Numbered from the stretch's first letter, positions 10,547 to 20,471 are shown. The stretch is 64,000 nucleotides of DNA from a bacterium (GCA_965218795.1 OZ244653.1:2080001-2144000); one strand, 5' to 3'. The notes: generated by a model from the letters alone, not told the origin. Program-made: numbers and translations.

Positions 10547-10837
10547 CTATGCGTGGCTCAAAGCCCGCCGAGCGTGTTCGCGAAGCACGCGGTTGATCTC
10601 GGTCTGATATCCCCGGCCGTCCGGGGCGTTTGCTCTGAACCATGCCACCACATCGGCATCCAGCCTTAACGTGATCTGTTGCTTCACCGGCCGATACAAG
10701 AGGCCGCGCTTGGCACCGGACCAATCCAGAATCTCAGGCACATCGCTCGTATCGATCTCCTCGTCGGGAAGGGCCGCAAGCGCCTTGATTTCCGCCTTCT
10801 GTTCCTCGGTGAGTTCTTTAGGAGTCCCCTTCTTCAT
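10547..10837 (-). CDS. BrnA family antitoxin
   Basis: IDTSDVPE..YRPVKQQITLRLDADVVAWFR..GRGYQTEINRVLR. Confidence 0.9.
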   Translation of the reverse strand: MKKGTPKELTEEQKAEIKALAALPDEEIDTSDVPEILDWSGAKRGLLYRPVKQQITLRLDADVVAWFRANAPDGRGYQTEINRVLREHARRALSHA

Positions 10838-11102
10838 AGGCTCTCCTTTCGTGCGCCGTGGCTTTCCGAGCGCTGATAATGCGACCCGCCTCGAGGCTGG
10901 TTCCGTGTTCCGGTTTGGGCCATGTGTGCGCCACGATCACGCCGCCGATCATGCCGATGGTATGCCATCGATCTTCGTCCGGATTCGGGTCCGGACGTTG
11001 CGCCATCAGCGGGTCGTCGAATACGAGCCTCGCTGTCTCGAAGCCGAGGCCATGCTTCTGCTTGTTGACGCGGTTCTTGTTGTCGTCCCATGTCCATCGC
11101 AA
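10818..11102 (-). CDS. BrnT family ribonuclease toxin
   Basis: TTG start after GGAG; WDDNKNRVNKQKHGLGFE..VFDDP..EDRW.TIG..RIISARKAT.HERRAYE; overlaps antitoxin. Confidence 0.9.
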   Translation of the reverse strand: MRWTWDDNKNRVNKQKHGLGFETARLVFDDPLMAQRPDPNPDEDRWHTIGMIGGVIVAHTWPKPEHGTSLEAGRIISARKATAHERRAYEEGDS

Positions 11103-11302
11103 CGACTCGGCTCCATGTAACGCCAATAATATAGCTACGCTAACGCATTTCGTCAACCGGCTCCGCTTCGCTCCTGCCGATTGCCTCGACGATTTCCGGC
11201 TGGCGGCATCCGCCATCGGATAGCGAACCGGGTCCTTGCAAGAAGCGCCCACGGGCGCGTCCGCCTTCCACTCTTAGTCATAGCATGGGCAGCATGGTCC
11301 CC

Positions 11303-11360
11303 CATCGCCTTCCGCAATGATCCTCCCGACCCGCTCCGCCGTCTCGACGAGGTAGCCGTC
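11303..11360 (-). pseudogene. Possible C-terminal remnant of a tyrosine recombinase
   Basis: Minus strand reads DGYLVETAERVGRIIAE, resembling the tail after the catalytic Tyr of phage integrases; no intact ORF. Confidence 0.3.
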
Positions 11361-11486
11361 TGTGTAACGGATCAAAAACCGTTGAGAATGGCCTGAATCC
11401 GGGGAATTCCGGGGCAAAATGGCCCGGAAAAGGGACTGAAAGGGGCGTGCATGGACTCTATTCTGATGAGCACCGATTCGGCTTGT

Positions 11487-11540
11487 CTGGATTCCCGCCC
11501 TGCGATTGAAGCATTCGAGGGCAGGCTTCGCGGGAATGAC
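11487..11540. repeat. REP-like palindromic element
   Basis: CTGGATTCCCGC...GCGGGAATGAC inverted repeat enclosing an inner hairpin GCCCT..AGGGC. Confidence 0.75.
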
Positions 11541-11583
11541 GGGCTGGGGGCGAGTCCCCGAAGGCTCCCGTTGGAGGCCATGA

Positions 11584-11754
11584 CTGGGTTCCCGCCCCCG
11601 GCCGGCAACAAGGCTACCCCCTCCGCCGCGTCAAGCCGAACAGCCGTCTCCCCCCCCACCGGCAAAATCCGCGGGCTGCGCCCCTGTCCTTGCCGACTCC
11701 CCCTCCAGGGGGGGAGGGATTGAAGGACCAGGGGCAGGCTTCCACGGGAATGAC
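11584..11754. repeat. Second REP-like element with a larger internal palindromic insert
   Basis: CTGGGTTCCCGC ... GGGCAGGCTTCCACGGGAATGAC ends like the first copy; insert contains CTCCCCCTCCAGGGGGGGAG hairpin. Confidence 0.6.
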
Positions 11755-11847
11755 AAGTGGAAAATCGCCCATGAAAAGCCCCTGCAAGGGGTGTGCATCG
11801 ACCGCGCTCGATGCCGGCGGCGGCCGAAGGCGCTCTGCCGCCAGCGG

Positions 11848-12870
11848 TTACATCGACTTCGCGGACGGCTTGATCCCGGGAAGAAACCCGTTCGTATACA
11901 TCTCGCCCGGCGTGACAGGATTCTTCAGCTTCACGTACTCATTGATGATGTCGATGGTCTTCTTCATCTTCGCGTCATCCACATACCCCAGGCCATGCTT
12001 CCTGGCGGTCGCTGTGACCAGGGCATCTTCGGAGATCCTCCATTCTCCCAACGCCGCGTTACGGTTGGAGATGGTCGGGTTCTTGGCGAGAAAGACGTCC
12101 ATCCCGCCCTCGGGGTCCTTCATCATCATGGCGATGCTCTGGGTGAGCGCCTTCATGTAGCGGCGGGTCCGGTCGGGCATCGAATCGGCGACCTTCTCCC
12201 GCGTGAACCAAGCGTGGGAATAGACGTCGAGCCCATAATCTCTGAACAGCATGGGCACCAACTCGTCCCCCTGTTCCTTGGCCTTGGCATTGAGGGTCGG
12301 GTAGATCACGTGAACCGTGAGAATGGCGTCCACCTTTCCGCTCAACAGGCTCGGATTCTTGACGGCCGGCTTCAGGATCAGGGTCTTCCAGTCCCCCGCC
12401 TTCAGACCATTGGTTTCGGCCACAGCCGGGAACAGTTTGGTGATGCTCGTCCCGCCGGCGTCCCAGCCGATGGTCTTGCCTTTCAGATCGGCGATCCTCC
12501 GGATCCCGGAGCTCTTCAGTGAATAGGCGACGAGGAGGCTTTTGTCCGCGAACATCCCAAGGATTTTGACCTTCGCCCCCGCAGCCCGGCCGAGGATGAG
12601 AGAGCCTGAATCGGCCAAGCCATAATCGCCCTCCCCCGCGGCGATGCGCTTCGTGGTGTTCGAAGAGCCGAACCCTCGCTGGATCTGGAGGTCGATGCCC
12701 GCCGCCTTGAACACCCCTTTCTCCACGCCGAGATAGAGCGGCGCGTGCTTTCCGTATGGGAGCCAATCCAGGAGTTGGAGCACCTTGTCGGCCGATTCCG
12801 CCGGACCCCGTAACGCCAGCAACCCAATGACCGAAAACGTCAAAGCCGCAAGTCTGATCAATCTGCTCAT
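11848..12870 (-). CDS. ABC substrate-binding protein, NMT1/THI5-like
   Basis: Signal peptide; LLDWLPYGKHAPLYLG.EKG.FK..GID..IQRGFGS; GGAGG RBS before ATG 12870. Confidence 0.88.
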   Translation of the reverse strand: MSRLIRLAALTFSVIGLLALRGPAESADKVLQLLDWLPYGKHAPLYLGVEKGVFKAAGIDLQIQRGFGSSNTTKRIAAGEGDYGLADSGSLILGRAAGAKVKILGMFADKSLLVAYSLKSSGIRRIADLKGKTIGWDAGGTSITKLFPAVAETNGLKAGDWKTLILKPAVKNPSLLSGKVDAILTVHVIYPTLNAKAKEQGDELVPMLFRDYGLDVYSHAWFTREKVADSMPDRTRRYMKALTQSIAMMMKDPEGGMDVFLAKNPTISNRNAALGEWRISEDALVTATARKHGLGYVDDAKMKKTIDIINEYVKLKNPVTPGEMYTNGFLPGIKPSAKSM

Positions 12871-12969
12871 GATCCCTCCTCCTGGGCAAAGGAAATCCGA
12901 GATACCCGGATCGTTCGAGGACGCCTCGGTTGACTCGTCGGAAACTCCATCTGTATGATTTATGCATCG

Positions 12970-12998
12970 CTTGTACCCCATAGGAAACATGATGTCAA
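12970..12998 (-). promoter_or_regulatory. Putative sigma70 promoter for the SBP gene
   Basis: Minus strand TTGACA-17 bp-TACAAG. Confidence 0.55.
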
Positions 12999-13157
12999 CA
13001 ATATACGCAAGCCTCCCGACAAGGTCGGAAATCCGGCGCCATCGGGATGATTTGTTGACCGAATCTGCAACGAGATGGAGCGCGGCGATTCCATTCGTCA
13101 CAGGATTCGCTTCCAGCCTTCATGTTCATGGATCACTCGCGAGTGAGGAAATCCATC

Positions 13158-14162
13158 ATGACCGACCCCAGCCTCCCCCCGCCCCCCATGGCCGATCTGG
13201 TCGGCCCAATCATGAAGAGCGCCACCCTCATCGCAGCCGGAAAAGTTGGGATCTTCCACGCCTTAGCGGACGGACCCCGCTCAATTTCGGAACTGTCGGA
13301 AGCCCTGGGAGCCAGTGAAAACGGCCTCGCTTGTCTGGCCGAGGCGCTGACCACCATCGGGTACCTGGAAAGACAAGACGGCCGATTCGCCAATGGGCCG
13401 ACCGCCCGGGCGTGGCTCACCCCTTCCAGCCCCATTGATTTCAACTCCCTCTTGATTTACCTGGAGCACGCTTGGCGGCTGTTGGCGGATCTGGGAGAAG
13501 TGGTCCGGAAAGGGGGCCCCGAGCGGTCTTTCGCTCAATATATGCTCGACCATCCTGACGCCGGCTCCGCCTACAATGAATACATGAAAGGGTGCGCCAA
13601 GCTAGATGAAGACTTCCTGCGGCGGACGCTCTCCTTACCCGAAGATGCCCGCCGCATGCTCGACCTGGGCGGTGCGCACGGATGGTACACTGCTGTTTTG
13701 TGCCGGGAACACCCGAACCTTTGCGCAGTTGTCTTCGACGTGGCCCCGGCTCTGGCCGAGGCGAAAAATACGGTTGCCGATCAAGGATTGGGCGAGCGGG
13801 TCGCGCTCCAGCCCGGAAACTATCTCGAGGATGACATCGGCGAAGGATTCGATGTGGTTCTATGCTTCCACCTGCTGCACTGGCACTTGGAAGACGACAA
13901 TCGCCATCTCCTTCGGAAAGCGGCAAAAGCCCTCCTGCCGGGCGGAAAGATGATCCTGATGGAAAAGCCCAAGGATGATCCCCCCGGGGTGTATGACGCG
14001 CTGTTCAGCGTGCTCATGCAGCTCTACGGCGGCTCGCGTCTGTATCGATATGAGGAGATCACGAGCTGGATGGCGGAGGTCGGACTCAAGGACATCGAGC
14101 GGGTCGATCTCCCGAACGGACAGATCGCAATGATCAGCGCCGTCAAACGAGCGGGGGGGTGA
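13158..14162 (+). CDS. SAM-dependent O-methyltransferase (family 2, dimerisation domain)
   Basis: N-terminal GIFHALADGP wHTH; LDLGGAHG, VVFD, GNY, FDVVLCFHLLHW. Confidence 0.88.
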   Translation: MTDPSLPPPPMADLVGPIMKSATLIAAGKVGIFHALADGPRSISELSEALGASENGLACLAEALTTIGYLERQDGRFANGPTARAWLTPSSPIDFNSLLIYLEHAWRLLADLGEVVRKGGPERSFAQYMLDHPDAGSAYNEYMKGCAKLDEDFLRRTLSLPEDARRMLDLGGAHGWYTAVLCREHPNLCAVVFDVAPALAEAKNTVADQGLGERVALQPGNYLEDDIGEGFDVVLCFHLLHWHLEDDNRHLLRKAAKALLPGGKMILMEKPKDDPPGVYDALFSVLMQLYGGSRLYRYEEITSWMAEVGLKDIERVDLPNGQIAMISAVKRAGG

Positions 14163-14488
14163 AGATGACCACCATGATGACCGGTTCATCGCCCGGGCTC
14201 TTCATACCGTGGGGGATACCGATGGGGGCGTGGCCGCAGTGTCCGGGACCGATTTCGACTGTCTGCTCTCCGAGAGTGGCCAGGGCCGTTCCCTGGATGA
14301 TATAGAACGTTTCCGAGCGGTCGTCGTGATGATGAAAGACAATCTCCCCGCGGGGGCGGATATTACTCACATGCAGGTTCAGGGCCGGATTGACGGCTTT
14401 CGTGATCACGGTCCGCGTCACGAAGTTGCTATGTTGGGGGGGGCGACAGATCTTCCTGGTCATCCAGATGAACAACGGTTCCTTCCAT
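14143..14488 (-). pseudogene. Cupin-domain protein with +1 frameshift in a G8 run
   Basis: AGGAG-ATG MEGTVVHLDDQEDLSPP stops after C8 (14436-14443); C7 would read into QHSNFVTR..HHHDDRSETFYIIQG..GIPHG. Confidence 0.75.
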
Positions 14489-14531
14489 GCTGATTCTCCT
14501 CTGCCAGGCACCCGTTGATTCCTTACACCCG

Positions 14532-14564
14532 TTGACAGATCGTTTCTTATCCGGTACAAACGAT
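14532..14564 (+). promoter_or_regulatory. Sigma70-like promoter overlapped by a palindromic operator
   Basis: TTGACA(14532)-17 bp-TACAAA(14555); ATCGTTT-N12-AAACGAT at 14539-14564. Confidence 0.65.
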
Positions 14565-14623
14565 TCTCCTTGAATACTAAGGACATATCAAGGACATGCC
14601 AAATGCGGGTATCGTGCGGGCCT

Positions 14624-15304
14624 ATGGAACCGGACAAGACTTCCCATATTGATCGGCAAATCGGGAGGATTGGCGAGCGGATCAGCCGCCTGCGCAAACA
14701 GGCGGGCCTGTCTCTTCGCGATCTGGCCGATCGGACCGGTGTCTCCTTCACGACCATTCAGAAAATCGAAACCAGTACAATCGTTCCTTCCATCGCGTCC
14801 GTCTTGAAAATTGCCCAAGGCCTGGGGAGGAATGTAAGCTACCTCTTGGACGAGGCGGAGAATCCGGGAGACATTCGTCTCGTTCGGCGTGCCGAGCGAA
14901 CCATAACGGACGTCTTCGCATCCAGGCTCCGCGTGGAAGACATCGGAATGGATTTGAGGGATGCACTCCTTCAGGCAACCGTACTGACCATCGAACCCGG
15001 CGGGATCAGCGGCACAGAACCGCTTCAACACCCGGGCGAAGAAATCAAACTTTGTTTGAAAGGAAGGATGGAATACCGGGTGGGGGCGGAGAACTTTCAA
15101 CTGGAGGAGGGAGACTGCCTGCATTTCAAATCCGATATCCCTCATTATTGGAAGAATCCGGGAAAAGAGAAGGCTGTGATCCTTTCGGTGTGCACGCCGC
15201 CTCCCTTCCCGACCGTGAGTAACCTGAGCACGAGTGCAGAGCGAGGCGGCAACCCGCGATCAGACCAGAACGGGATACGATGGGGGAAGGGCTCCATTGA
15301 CTGA
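14624..15304 (+). CDS. XRE-family HTH regulator with C-terminal cupin
   Basis: IGERISRLRKQAGLSLRDLADRTGVS..IQKIE..PSI; HPGEE..GDCLHFKSDIPH. Confidence 0.9.
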   Translation: MEPDKTSHIDRQIGRIGERISRLRKQAGLSLRDLADRTGVSFTTIQKIETSTIVPSIASVLKIAQGLGRNVSYLLDEAENPGDIRLVRRAERTITDVFASRLRVEDIGMDLRDALLQATVLTIEPGGISGTEPLQHPGEEIKLCLKGRMEYRVGAENFQLEEGDCLHFKSDIPHYWKNPGKEKAVILSVCTPPPFPTVSNLSTSAERGGNPRSDQNGIRWGKGSID

Positions 15305-16229
15305 AATCCGGAAGGTTGCTGTTCTCGGAACGGGAACCATGGGGAACGGCATCGCCTTGTGGTTCGCCAGGGCGGACCTCGAAGTACGGATGCGCGACCT
15401 GGACGCAAATCTTCTGGACCGCGCCCGGACAATGCAGGCCGATACGCTGAAAACCCTTGTCGCGGCCGGTACCGTTCCTCAGGAAGAAGAGGAAGCCATT
15501 CTCGGCCGCATCCACGGGACGACGGAGATGTCCGAGGCCCTGGAAGGGGCGGACTTTATCCTGGAGGCCGTCCCGGAAGTCCTCGACCTCAAGCAGAATG
15601 TCTTTGGCGAGATTGAAAAGCTGGCCCCGCCGGGCATTCCTCTGGCCTCCAACACTTCGGGAATCAGCATCTCCCGAATTGCCGAGGGGGTTCGGGACCC
15701 CTCCCGCGTAGTGGGCATGCACTGGTGGAACCCTCCCCACATGGTTCGGGTCATTGAGGTCGTTCGGGGTGAAAATTCTTCGGAGGCGGTGGTCCAGGCC
15801 ACCCGGGGCCTCGTCGCTCAGATCGGCAAACGGCCCGTCATGGTGAAAAAAGATTTGCCGGGTTTTCTGGGAAACCGCATCCTCTACGCCCTGCTCCGGG
15901 AAGCCGTGGATTGTTATGAGAAAGGGATTGCGGAGCCGGAGGACATCGACCTGATCGTGAGCGAAGCGTTCGCGCTGAAGCTGGCCTTCATGGGGCCGAT
16001 GGCCCTGTTGGATCTCGCAGGGATCGACATCTACCACGACGTATCAAAGTATCTTCATACGGATTTGTGCGACGCCAAGGAGGTCAGCCCCGCCATCGCT
16101 GAAAAAATCACAAAGAAAGAATTGGGGCTCAAAACGGGCAAGGGATTTTACGACTACAGCGACGTCGATATCCCCGAATTATTGAAAAAGCGCGGTCAGC
16201 AGATGGGGGGATTGCTCAAGATCATGTAG
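15297..16229 (+). CDS. 3-hydroxyacyl-CoA dehydrogenase family protein
   Basis: VAVLGTGTMGNGIA, EAVPEVLDLK, SNTS, GMHWWNPP, PGFLGNRI, LGLKTGKGFYDY; TTG start inferred. Confidence 0.92.
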   Translation: MTEIRKVAVLGTGTMGNGIALWFARADLEVRMRDLDANLLDRARTMQADTLKTLVAAGTVPQEEEEAILGRIHGTTEMSEALEGADFILEAVPEVLDLKQNVFGEIEKLAPPGIPLASNTSGISISRIAEGVRDPSRVVGMHWWNPPHMVRVIEVVRGENSSEAVVQATRGLVAQIGKRPVMVKKDLPGFLGNRILYALLREAVDCYEKGIAEPEDIDLIVSEAFALKLAFMGPMALLDLAGIDIYHDVSKYLHTDLCDAKEVSPAIAEKITKKELGLKTGKGFYDYSDVDIPELLKKRGQQMGGLLKIM

Positions 16230-16264
16230 CCCTTTTCTCAAGGGGCGAATCAGGGGACCGGCTC

Positions 16265-17143
16265 ATGGATGCAAATCCGAGAACACAAAACCCTTTCCGA
16301 TGGCCCGGAGATGCCCGGATTGCGATCAGCATTGTACTGAACGTGGAGGAATGGACGTCCGAAGGTCCATCGCCCCTCTACTTCCCCCTCCCGCCGGGCT
16401 CCAAGACAGCGCGGGATACCGCTACGGTCACCGACCACGATTACGGCTATCGCGCGGGGATTTGGAGATTGCTTGAAATCCTGGATCGGTATGAGGTGAA
16501 AACAACCGTCTGGACATCTGGTCTTGCAGCCGAACTCCATCCCACAGTGATCCGGCAGATGCACGACGCGGGCCATGAAATCGGGGGGCACGGGTATGAC
16601 AAATCATTCCCCTCGGTCCTGATGGACCGGGAGGAAGAGAAGGCCGATATCCAGAAAACCATCCGGGAGATTGAAAAGGCCACTCAAAAGGCGCCCATCG
16701 GGTGGATGTCTCCCAGCATGCGCTCAGGAGAGAACACCCTGCCGCTTCTCATTGACAACGGTTTCCTTTACCACAGCGATACGATTGGGCACGACCTGCC
16801 CTTCATGGACACCGTGGGGGATGACCGGTTGCTCGCGGTGCCGTATTCTTTGCTCAACAACGATTACCGGTTCTACAGTTACGGGGATCCTCCCTTGACC
16901 CCTGAGGAGGCCTTCGAATGGCTCAAAGGGGACTTCGACCAATTGTACGAGGAAGGAGAAACATTTCCCAAAATGATGAGCTACGGGATTCATCCATACG
17001 TGACCGGTCGGCCGGGCCGCGCGCGGAGCTTCGAGCGGTTCATCCGTTACGCGAAAGGATTCTCCGGCGTGTGGTTCGCCCGCAGGGATGAAATTGCGCG
17101 GTGGTGGCTGGAGAACAATCCGGACACCGGCCGGGAAGGATAG
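16265..17143 (+). CDS. Polysaccharide deacetylase family (PuuE-like) hydrolase
   Basis: WPGDARIAISIVLNVE, DYGYRAGIWRLL, HEIGGHGY, FDQLYEEG, GIHPYVTGRPGR. Confidence 0.88.
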   Translation: MDANPRTQNPFRWPGDARIAISIVLNVEEWTSEGPSPLYFPLPPGSKTARDTATVTDHDYGYRAGIWRLLEILDRYEVKTTVWTSGLAAELHPTVIRQMHDAGHEIGGHGYDKSFPSVLMDREEEKADIQKTIREIEKATQKAPIGWMSPSMRSGENTLPLLIDNGFLYHSDTIGHDLPFMDTVGDDRLLAVPYSLLNNDYRFYSYGDPPLTPEEAFEWLKGDFDQLYEEGETFPKMMSYGIHPYVTGRPGRARSFERFIRYAKGFSGVWFARRDEIARWWLENNPDTGREG

Positions 17144-17300
17144 AAAGCGGAAGACGCCCACTGGGCCTCGACGCGGGAAGTCGGGGTCGGGCAACGACTT
17201 CAAACGGAGGGCATTCGCCAAGTCGAACCCCTCCGGTGACTTCGTCCCAAATTCCAGCAAAAGAACAGTCACACAGATTTGAACATAGGGGAATGAAACG

Positions 17301-17807
17301 ATGGCGTCACCGAAGATCGATTTCCTCGATAACGGATGTCTCCACCTGGACAAACCCTTCATCACCTGGAACAAGCGCTTCACCCATGCCACGTTCCATG
17401 TCGACCGCGAGGAATTGAAGTCTGCCTATGTGCCCGAGTTTCAGGCCATCGGCTACTATCGGCCGTTCTTCGATTACGAAGGGATCCATTGGGGAGCTCA
17501 TGGTCGGCGACCTGCGAAGTGGTCAAGGGGGTCAAGATGCTCTCTTGCCCGGGACATTCGCCGGGCCCTTACTCTGTGGCCACCGACGCTCGACAGCCAT
17601 CTGATGATTCTCACCGTGGACACCACCTTCACCAAGGAAAACATGGAGCATAAAGTCCCGATGGGCATCCACGCCAACCTCTTCCAATTGGTCGAGAGCA
17701 TGGAGCGGCTGGAGCGCCTCACCCTGGCCGAGAAGGGCAAGCGCTACGTTTCGCACGATATGGAGGAGTTCAACACTTACAAAAAAGCGCCGGGTTACTG
17801 CGAGTAG
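17301..17807 (+). pseudogene. Degenerate metallo-beta-lactamase-fold (N-acyl homoserine lactonase-like) gene
   Basis: No HxHxDH (apparent internal deletion after ITWN); EVVKGVKMLSCPGHSPG lies in another frame; C-terminal VSHD retained. Confidence 0.7.
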
Positions 17808-17827
17808 GGGGCGAATAGGGCGAGGGC

Positions 17828-18661
17828 ATGTCGGCGATTCAGGAACACCGGGTCCGGGACGCGCAACCCGCGGCGGATACGGGACGGGACAGGATTATCG
17901 AGCTGAACGATGTCGCCGTGACTTATGAAGCCCGGCGGGGTGAGCCCTATACGGCGGTGGAGGGAATTGACCTCTTCGTGAACGAGCGGGAGTTCGTCTC
18001 GCTCATCGGCCCATCCGGCTGCGGGAAGAGCACCCTCCTCAAGGTGATTACAGGTCTGTTGGATCCCTCACGGGGACGGGTGACCGTCGCCGGGGGGGCT
18101 GCCCAAGAGGCCAGACGGCACCGACTCTTCGGGATTGTCTTTCAGGAGCCGACGCTCCTGCCCTGGCGGAACGTGCAAAAGAACACCGGCTTTTTGGTGG
18201 AGCTCATCCGGTTGATGGGAGCCGGCGGGACCTTCGGCGACCCCGAGGATCTGTTGCGGATGGTCGGGCTGGACGAATTCCGCCACAACTATCCGCGGGA
18301 GCTGTCGGGGGGGATGAAGCAGCGGGTTGCCATCGCACGAGCGCTCTCCATCGATCCGGCCATTCTGATGATGGATGAGCCCTTTGGGGCCCTTGACGCT
18401 ATGACCCGGGACAACATGAATGAAGAACTGCTGCGCATCTGGCGGCAGACCCAAAAGACGGTCGTGTTCATCACGCACAGCATTCGGGAATCCGTCTACC
18501 TCTCGGATACCGTGTATGTGATTGCGGGCAAGCCGGGCCGAATCGTGGAGCGGGTCCCGGTCGCCCTTCCGAGGCCCCGGCAGCCGGAGATTCAGACGAC
18601 GCCGGATTTTCAGCGCCACCTCGATCAATTGAGAACGCTTCTGGAGCGGGGACAGCGATGA
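17828..18661 (+). CDS. ABC ATP-binding protein (TauB/SsuB type)
   Basis: GPSGCGKST, VFQEPTLLPWR, LSGGMKQR, DEPFGALD, THS. Confidence 0.95.
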   Translation: MSAIQEHRVRDAQPAADTGRDRIIELNDVAVTYEARRGEPYTAVEGIDLFVNEREFVSLIGPSGCGKSTLLKVITGLLDPSRGRVTVAGGAAQEARRHRLFGIVFQEPTLLPWRNVQKNTGFLVELIRLMGAGGTFGDPEDLLRMVGLDEFRHNYPRELSGGMKQRVAIARALSIDPAILMMDEPFGALDAMTRDNMNEELLRIWRQTQKTVVFITHSIRESVYLSDTVYVIAGKPGRIVERVPVALPRPRQPEIQTTPDFQRHLDQLRTLLERGQR

Positions 18662-19443
18662 ATCACGGATTCCATGACAGGATCAGCAAATTCTGGCCAA
18701 CGGCTCTCACCGTCGTCGTCCTGGTTGCCCTCTGGGAGTGGGCCATCCACTTCTTCCAGGTCCCGAAGTGGTTCATTCCGGCTCCTTCGGCCGTTCTCCA
18801 GGACCTGATCATTTACGAGGGATTTTACGAGGATGCCTGGCTCACGACCCAGGAGATCCTGCTCGGATTCGTAATCGGCGACGTGCTCGCCGTGGCGATT
18901 GCCATTGCCGTGGTGTATTCCACGTTTGTTGAACGGACCCTGTATCCCATCGTGATCTTCTTCCAGAACATTCCGAAGATCACACTGGCCCCCATTATGC
19001 TGTTATGGTTCGGGCTGGGGCTTGGAACCCGCGTCGCCATCGTCATTCTGATCTCGTTTTTCCCCGTGATTATCAACACGATTTATGGACTTCGATCGAC
19101 TGACCCGAACCTGATCGATCTGGCTCGGTCGGTCGCGGTCTCCCGTTGGGTGATCCTGCGCAAAATTCAGATCCCCCATGCCCTGCCCTACATGTTCGAG
19201 GGATTCAAAATCGCGATGACCTTTGCTGTCATCGGCGCATTCGTGGCCGAATGGATTTCCGGCAGCAACGGACTCGGCTATCAAATTCGCGTCGCGTCGT
19301 CCGACATGGAATCCGCAGCCCTGTTCGGAGCGGTAGCGGTCATTTCCGTTGTGGGCGTGATCCTTTACTATCTGGTTTCTCTGGCTGGAAGGAGGCTCTT
19401 TCCCTGGCACGAATCCGCCCGGGAAGGGGGTCCGATGGTGTAA
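18658..19443 (+). CDS. ABC permease (TauC/SsuC type)
   Basis: PAPSAV, QNIPKITLAP, FFPVIINT, IPHALPY..AEWI; ATGA overlap. Confidence 0.93.
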   Translation: MNHGFHDRISKFWPTALTVVVLVALWEWAIHFFQVPKWFIPAPSAVLQDLIIYEGFYEDAWLTTQEILLGFVIGDVLAVAIAIAVVYSTFVERTLYPIVIFFQNIPKITLAPIMLLWFGLGLGTRVAIVILISFFPVIINTIYGLRSTDPNLIDLARSVAVSRWVILRKIQIPHALPYMFEGFKIAMTFAVIGAFVAEWISGSNGLGYQIRVASSDMESAALFGAVAVISVVGVILYYLVSLAGRRLFPWHESAREGGPMV

Positions 19444-19472
19444 GAGGTTTTTCAAACAAAGGAGGAAGGGAC

Positions 19473-20471
19473 GTGAAAGAGAAAAGTGCTCGATGGGGAA
19501 TATGGGTGGTCTTGGCCGTGGCGCTGACGCTCATCGCCGGCCCCGCCGCTGCCGCCGACAGCGTCAAGGTCCGCCTCGACTGGGTCTTGCGAGGCAATCA
19601 CGCCATGTTTCACGTGGCCAAGGAGAAAGGCTATTTCAAGCAGAACGGAATCGACGTGACGAAGATCGATCCGGGTAACGGTTCCCAGCGGACCATGAAG
19701 TTCGTGGGCGGGGGGCAATATCCTTTCGGCTACGGTGATCTGCCCACGCTCGCCGCGGCCAAGAGCCAAGGGGTGCCCGTCACTTCGCTGACGGTCGTGA
19801 ACCAGCTCAGTCCCATGTCCATCGTCACGCTCGCCGATTCCGGAATCCAATCGCCGCAGGATATCGAGGGACGAAAGTTCGGTGTATTCCCCGCCGGATC
19901 GACCCACATTTTCTATAAGGCCTTCATGAAGATGGTGGGTGTCGATCGGAGCAAGGTGACGGAGGTCACGGTCAGTTTCCCCTACGAGAGCTATCTACTG
20001 ACCAAGAAGGTGGACGCGGTCGTCGGATATCTCGATGCCGAGATTCCGATTCTCAAGATGAAGGCCAACATCCGCATCATGCAGGGCGCCAAGTACGGCT
20101 ACAAGGGCTACGGCAGCGGGATGCTCGCGGCGGATGAGGTGATCAAGGAAAATCCGGACCTGGTTCGCAGGTTCACGAAATCCTACATCCAGGGCTTTGT
20201 CGCCGTCATCAAGGACCCCGGCGGAGCCGTCGATATCCTGGCCAAGTACCAGAAGAAGGCTCCCAAGAAAATCTGGCGCGCACAGCTTCAGGCGGATATC
20301 GATTCTTCGTTCATGAACGAGATCACGAAGAAAAACGGGCTCGGTTGGCAGACCTTCGACCGGTGGAAAGAAACCCAGCAGATCCTGGCGGACCAGGGCG
20401 TCATCAAGAATCCGGTGGATCCGAACTCTCTGTTCTCCAACAAGTTCCTGGCCGGGTCGCCGAAGATGTAA
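19473..20471 (+). CDS. ABC substrate-binding protein, NMT1/THI5-like
   Basis: GTG after AAGGAGG; signal peptide; VRLDWVLRGNHAMFHVAKEKGYFK..PGNGS. Confidence 0.9.
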   Translation: MKEKSARWGIWVVLAVALTLIAGPAAAADSVKVRLDWVLRGNHAMFHVAKEKGYFKQNGIDVTKIDPGNGSQRTMKFVGGGQYPFGYGDLPTLAAAKSQGVPVTSLTVVNQLSPMSIVTLADSGIQSPQDIEGRKFGVFPAGSTHIFYKAFMKMVGVDRSKVTEVTVSFPYESYLLTKKVDAVVGYLDAEIPILKMKANIRIMQGAKYGYKGYGSGMLAADEVIKENPDLVRRFTKSYIQGFVAVIKDPGGAVDILAKYQKKAPKKIWRAQLQADIDSSFMNEITKKNGLGWQTFDRWKETQQILADQGVIKNPVDPNSLFSNKFLAGSPKM

